Part shown: piece after piece, positions 63,520 to 64,000 of the stretch
Numbering within the stretch: position 1 is the stretch's first letter
How the letters are laid out: every line of letters begins with the position of its first letter
Source of the DNA: Escherichia phage inny
Sequence record: MN850601.1
Direction: 5' to 3' (one strand)
DNA: 64,000 nt
Program-made: the position numbers and the translations under genes
Notes under the pieces: model-generated
The model's database searches: none
What the model was told of the DNA's origin: nothing
Seen by the model: the letters and a program-made list of their open reading frames with translations, nothing else

Positions 63520-64000
63520 ATGGCAGAAGAAAGAAATTACACAAAAGCTCCTGCACCAAATCTAAACAGAGCATACAAACTATTAATAGGTACAGCTACT
63601 AATACTAAAGAAAAAAGGACAAAAAATTCCTCTTTCAAATCTACAGTAGACTTAGATACTAAATTAGGGGATGCTAAAAAATCAACCCCTAATTTGTATG
63701 TTATTACGGAGCACCAAATATCTTTCACAATAAGAAAAGATAATAATAAAGATCCTAATCAAGCCGAGATAACTATTTATAACCTAAGTGATGATACTGT
63801 TAATTATATTAACAAGGGTATTCGTAACAACTTGGCTGTTGCTTTGGCGGTAGGTTATGAAGGTCAAGAGTTAATTATGATCTTTAAGGGAACGGTGCAA
63901 TGGGTGAGTGATACCTTTAACAATACAGACAGACGTACAGTGTTACATTGTCTGGATGGTGGTATTAACATCTCCGAAGCAAGGACAAGCAGAAGTTATC
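63520..64000 (+). CDS. hypothetical tail/baseplate protein (3' end beyond window)
   Basis: ATG after AAAGGAG RBS; frame open to window end, so absent from ORF track. Confidence 0.4.
   Translation, partial: MAEERNYTKAPAPNLNRAYKLLIGTATNTKEKRTKNSSFKSTVDLDTKLGDAKKSTPNLYVITEHQISFTIRKDNNKDPNQAEITIYNLSDDTVNYINKGIRNNLAVALAVGYEGQELIMIFKGTVQWVSDTFNNTDRRTVLHCLDGGINISEARTSRSY

Overview
This window reads as part of a large virulent tailed-phage genome (myovirus-like, probably infecting an enterobacterium; the rml genes are very close to enterobacterial rfb genes), with three blocks. All calls are by eye from the sequence and ORF track; no search or folding tool was run. Block 1 (1-4100, + strand) holds about a dozen small ORFs of unknown function closed by intrinsic terminators. 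Block 2 (4170-39578, - strand) is a metabolic and auxiliary module: Sir2-like protein, C5-cytosine and N6-adenine DNA methyltransferases, Ser/Thr phosphatase, serine recombinase, HslV-like peptidase, PhoH, T4-type lysozyme, NrdC-like glutaredoxin, a complete dTDP-L-rhamnose operon (rmlB-A-C-D), class Ia ribonucleotide reductase (NrdA/NrdB), ThyX-like protein, thymidine kinase, HAD nucleotidase, HNH endonuclease, exonucleases, RdgC-like protein, DNA ligase, and an RNA-repair-like trio (ligase, P-loop kinase, phosphoesterase). Block 3 (39580-64000, + strand) starts with a PRPP-synthetase-like and nicotinamide-phosphoribosyltransferase-like gene pair, then an array of roughly 19 tRNA genes (several non-canonical), an overlapping spanin pair, and the morphogenesis module: large terminase interrupted by a mini-intein in its P-loop, portal, scaffold, major capsid, sheath, tube, a tail chaperone with a probable -1 frameshift, and tape measure. 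The + strand block carries about ten promoters of the form TTGACA-N17-TAnnnT. The most interesting candidates are the NAD+ reconstitution-type gene pair alongside a phage Sir2, the split RNA-repair cassette, the HslV-like peptidase, the acquired rhamnose pathway, and the atypical tRNA-like genes.
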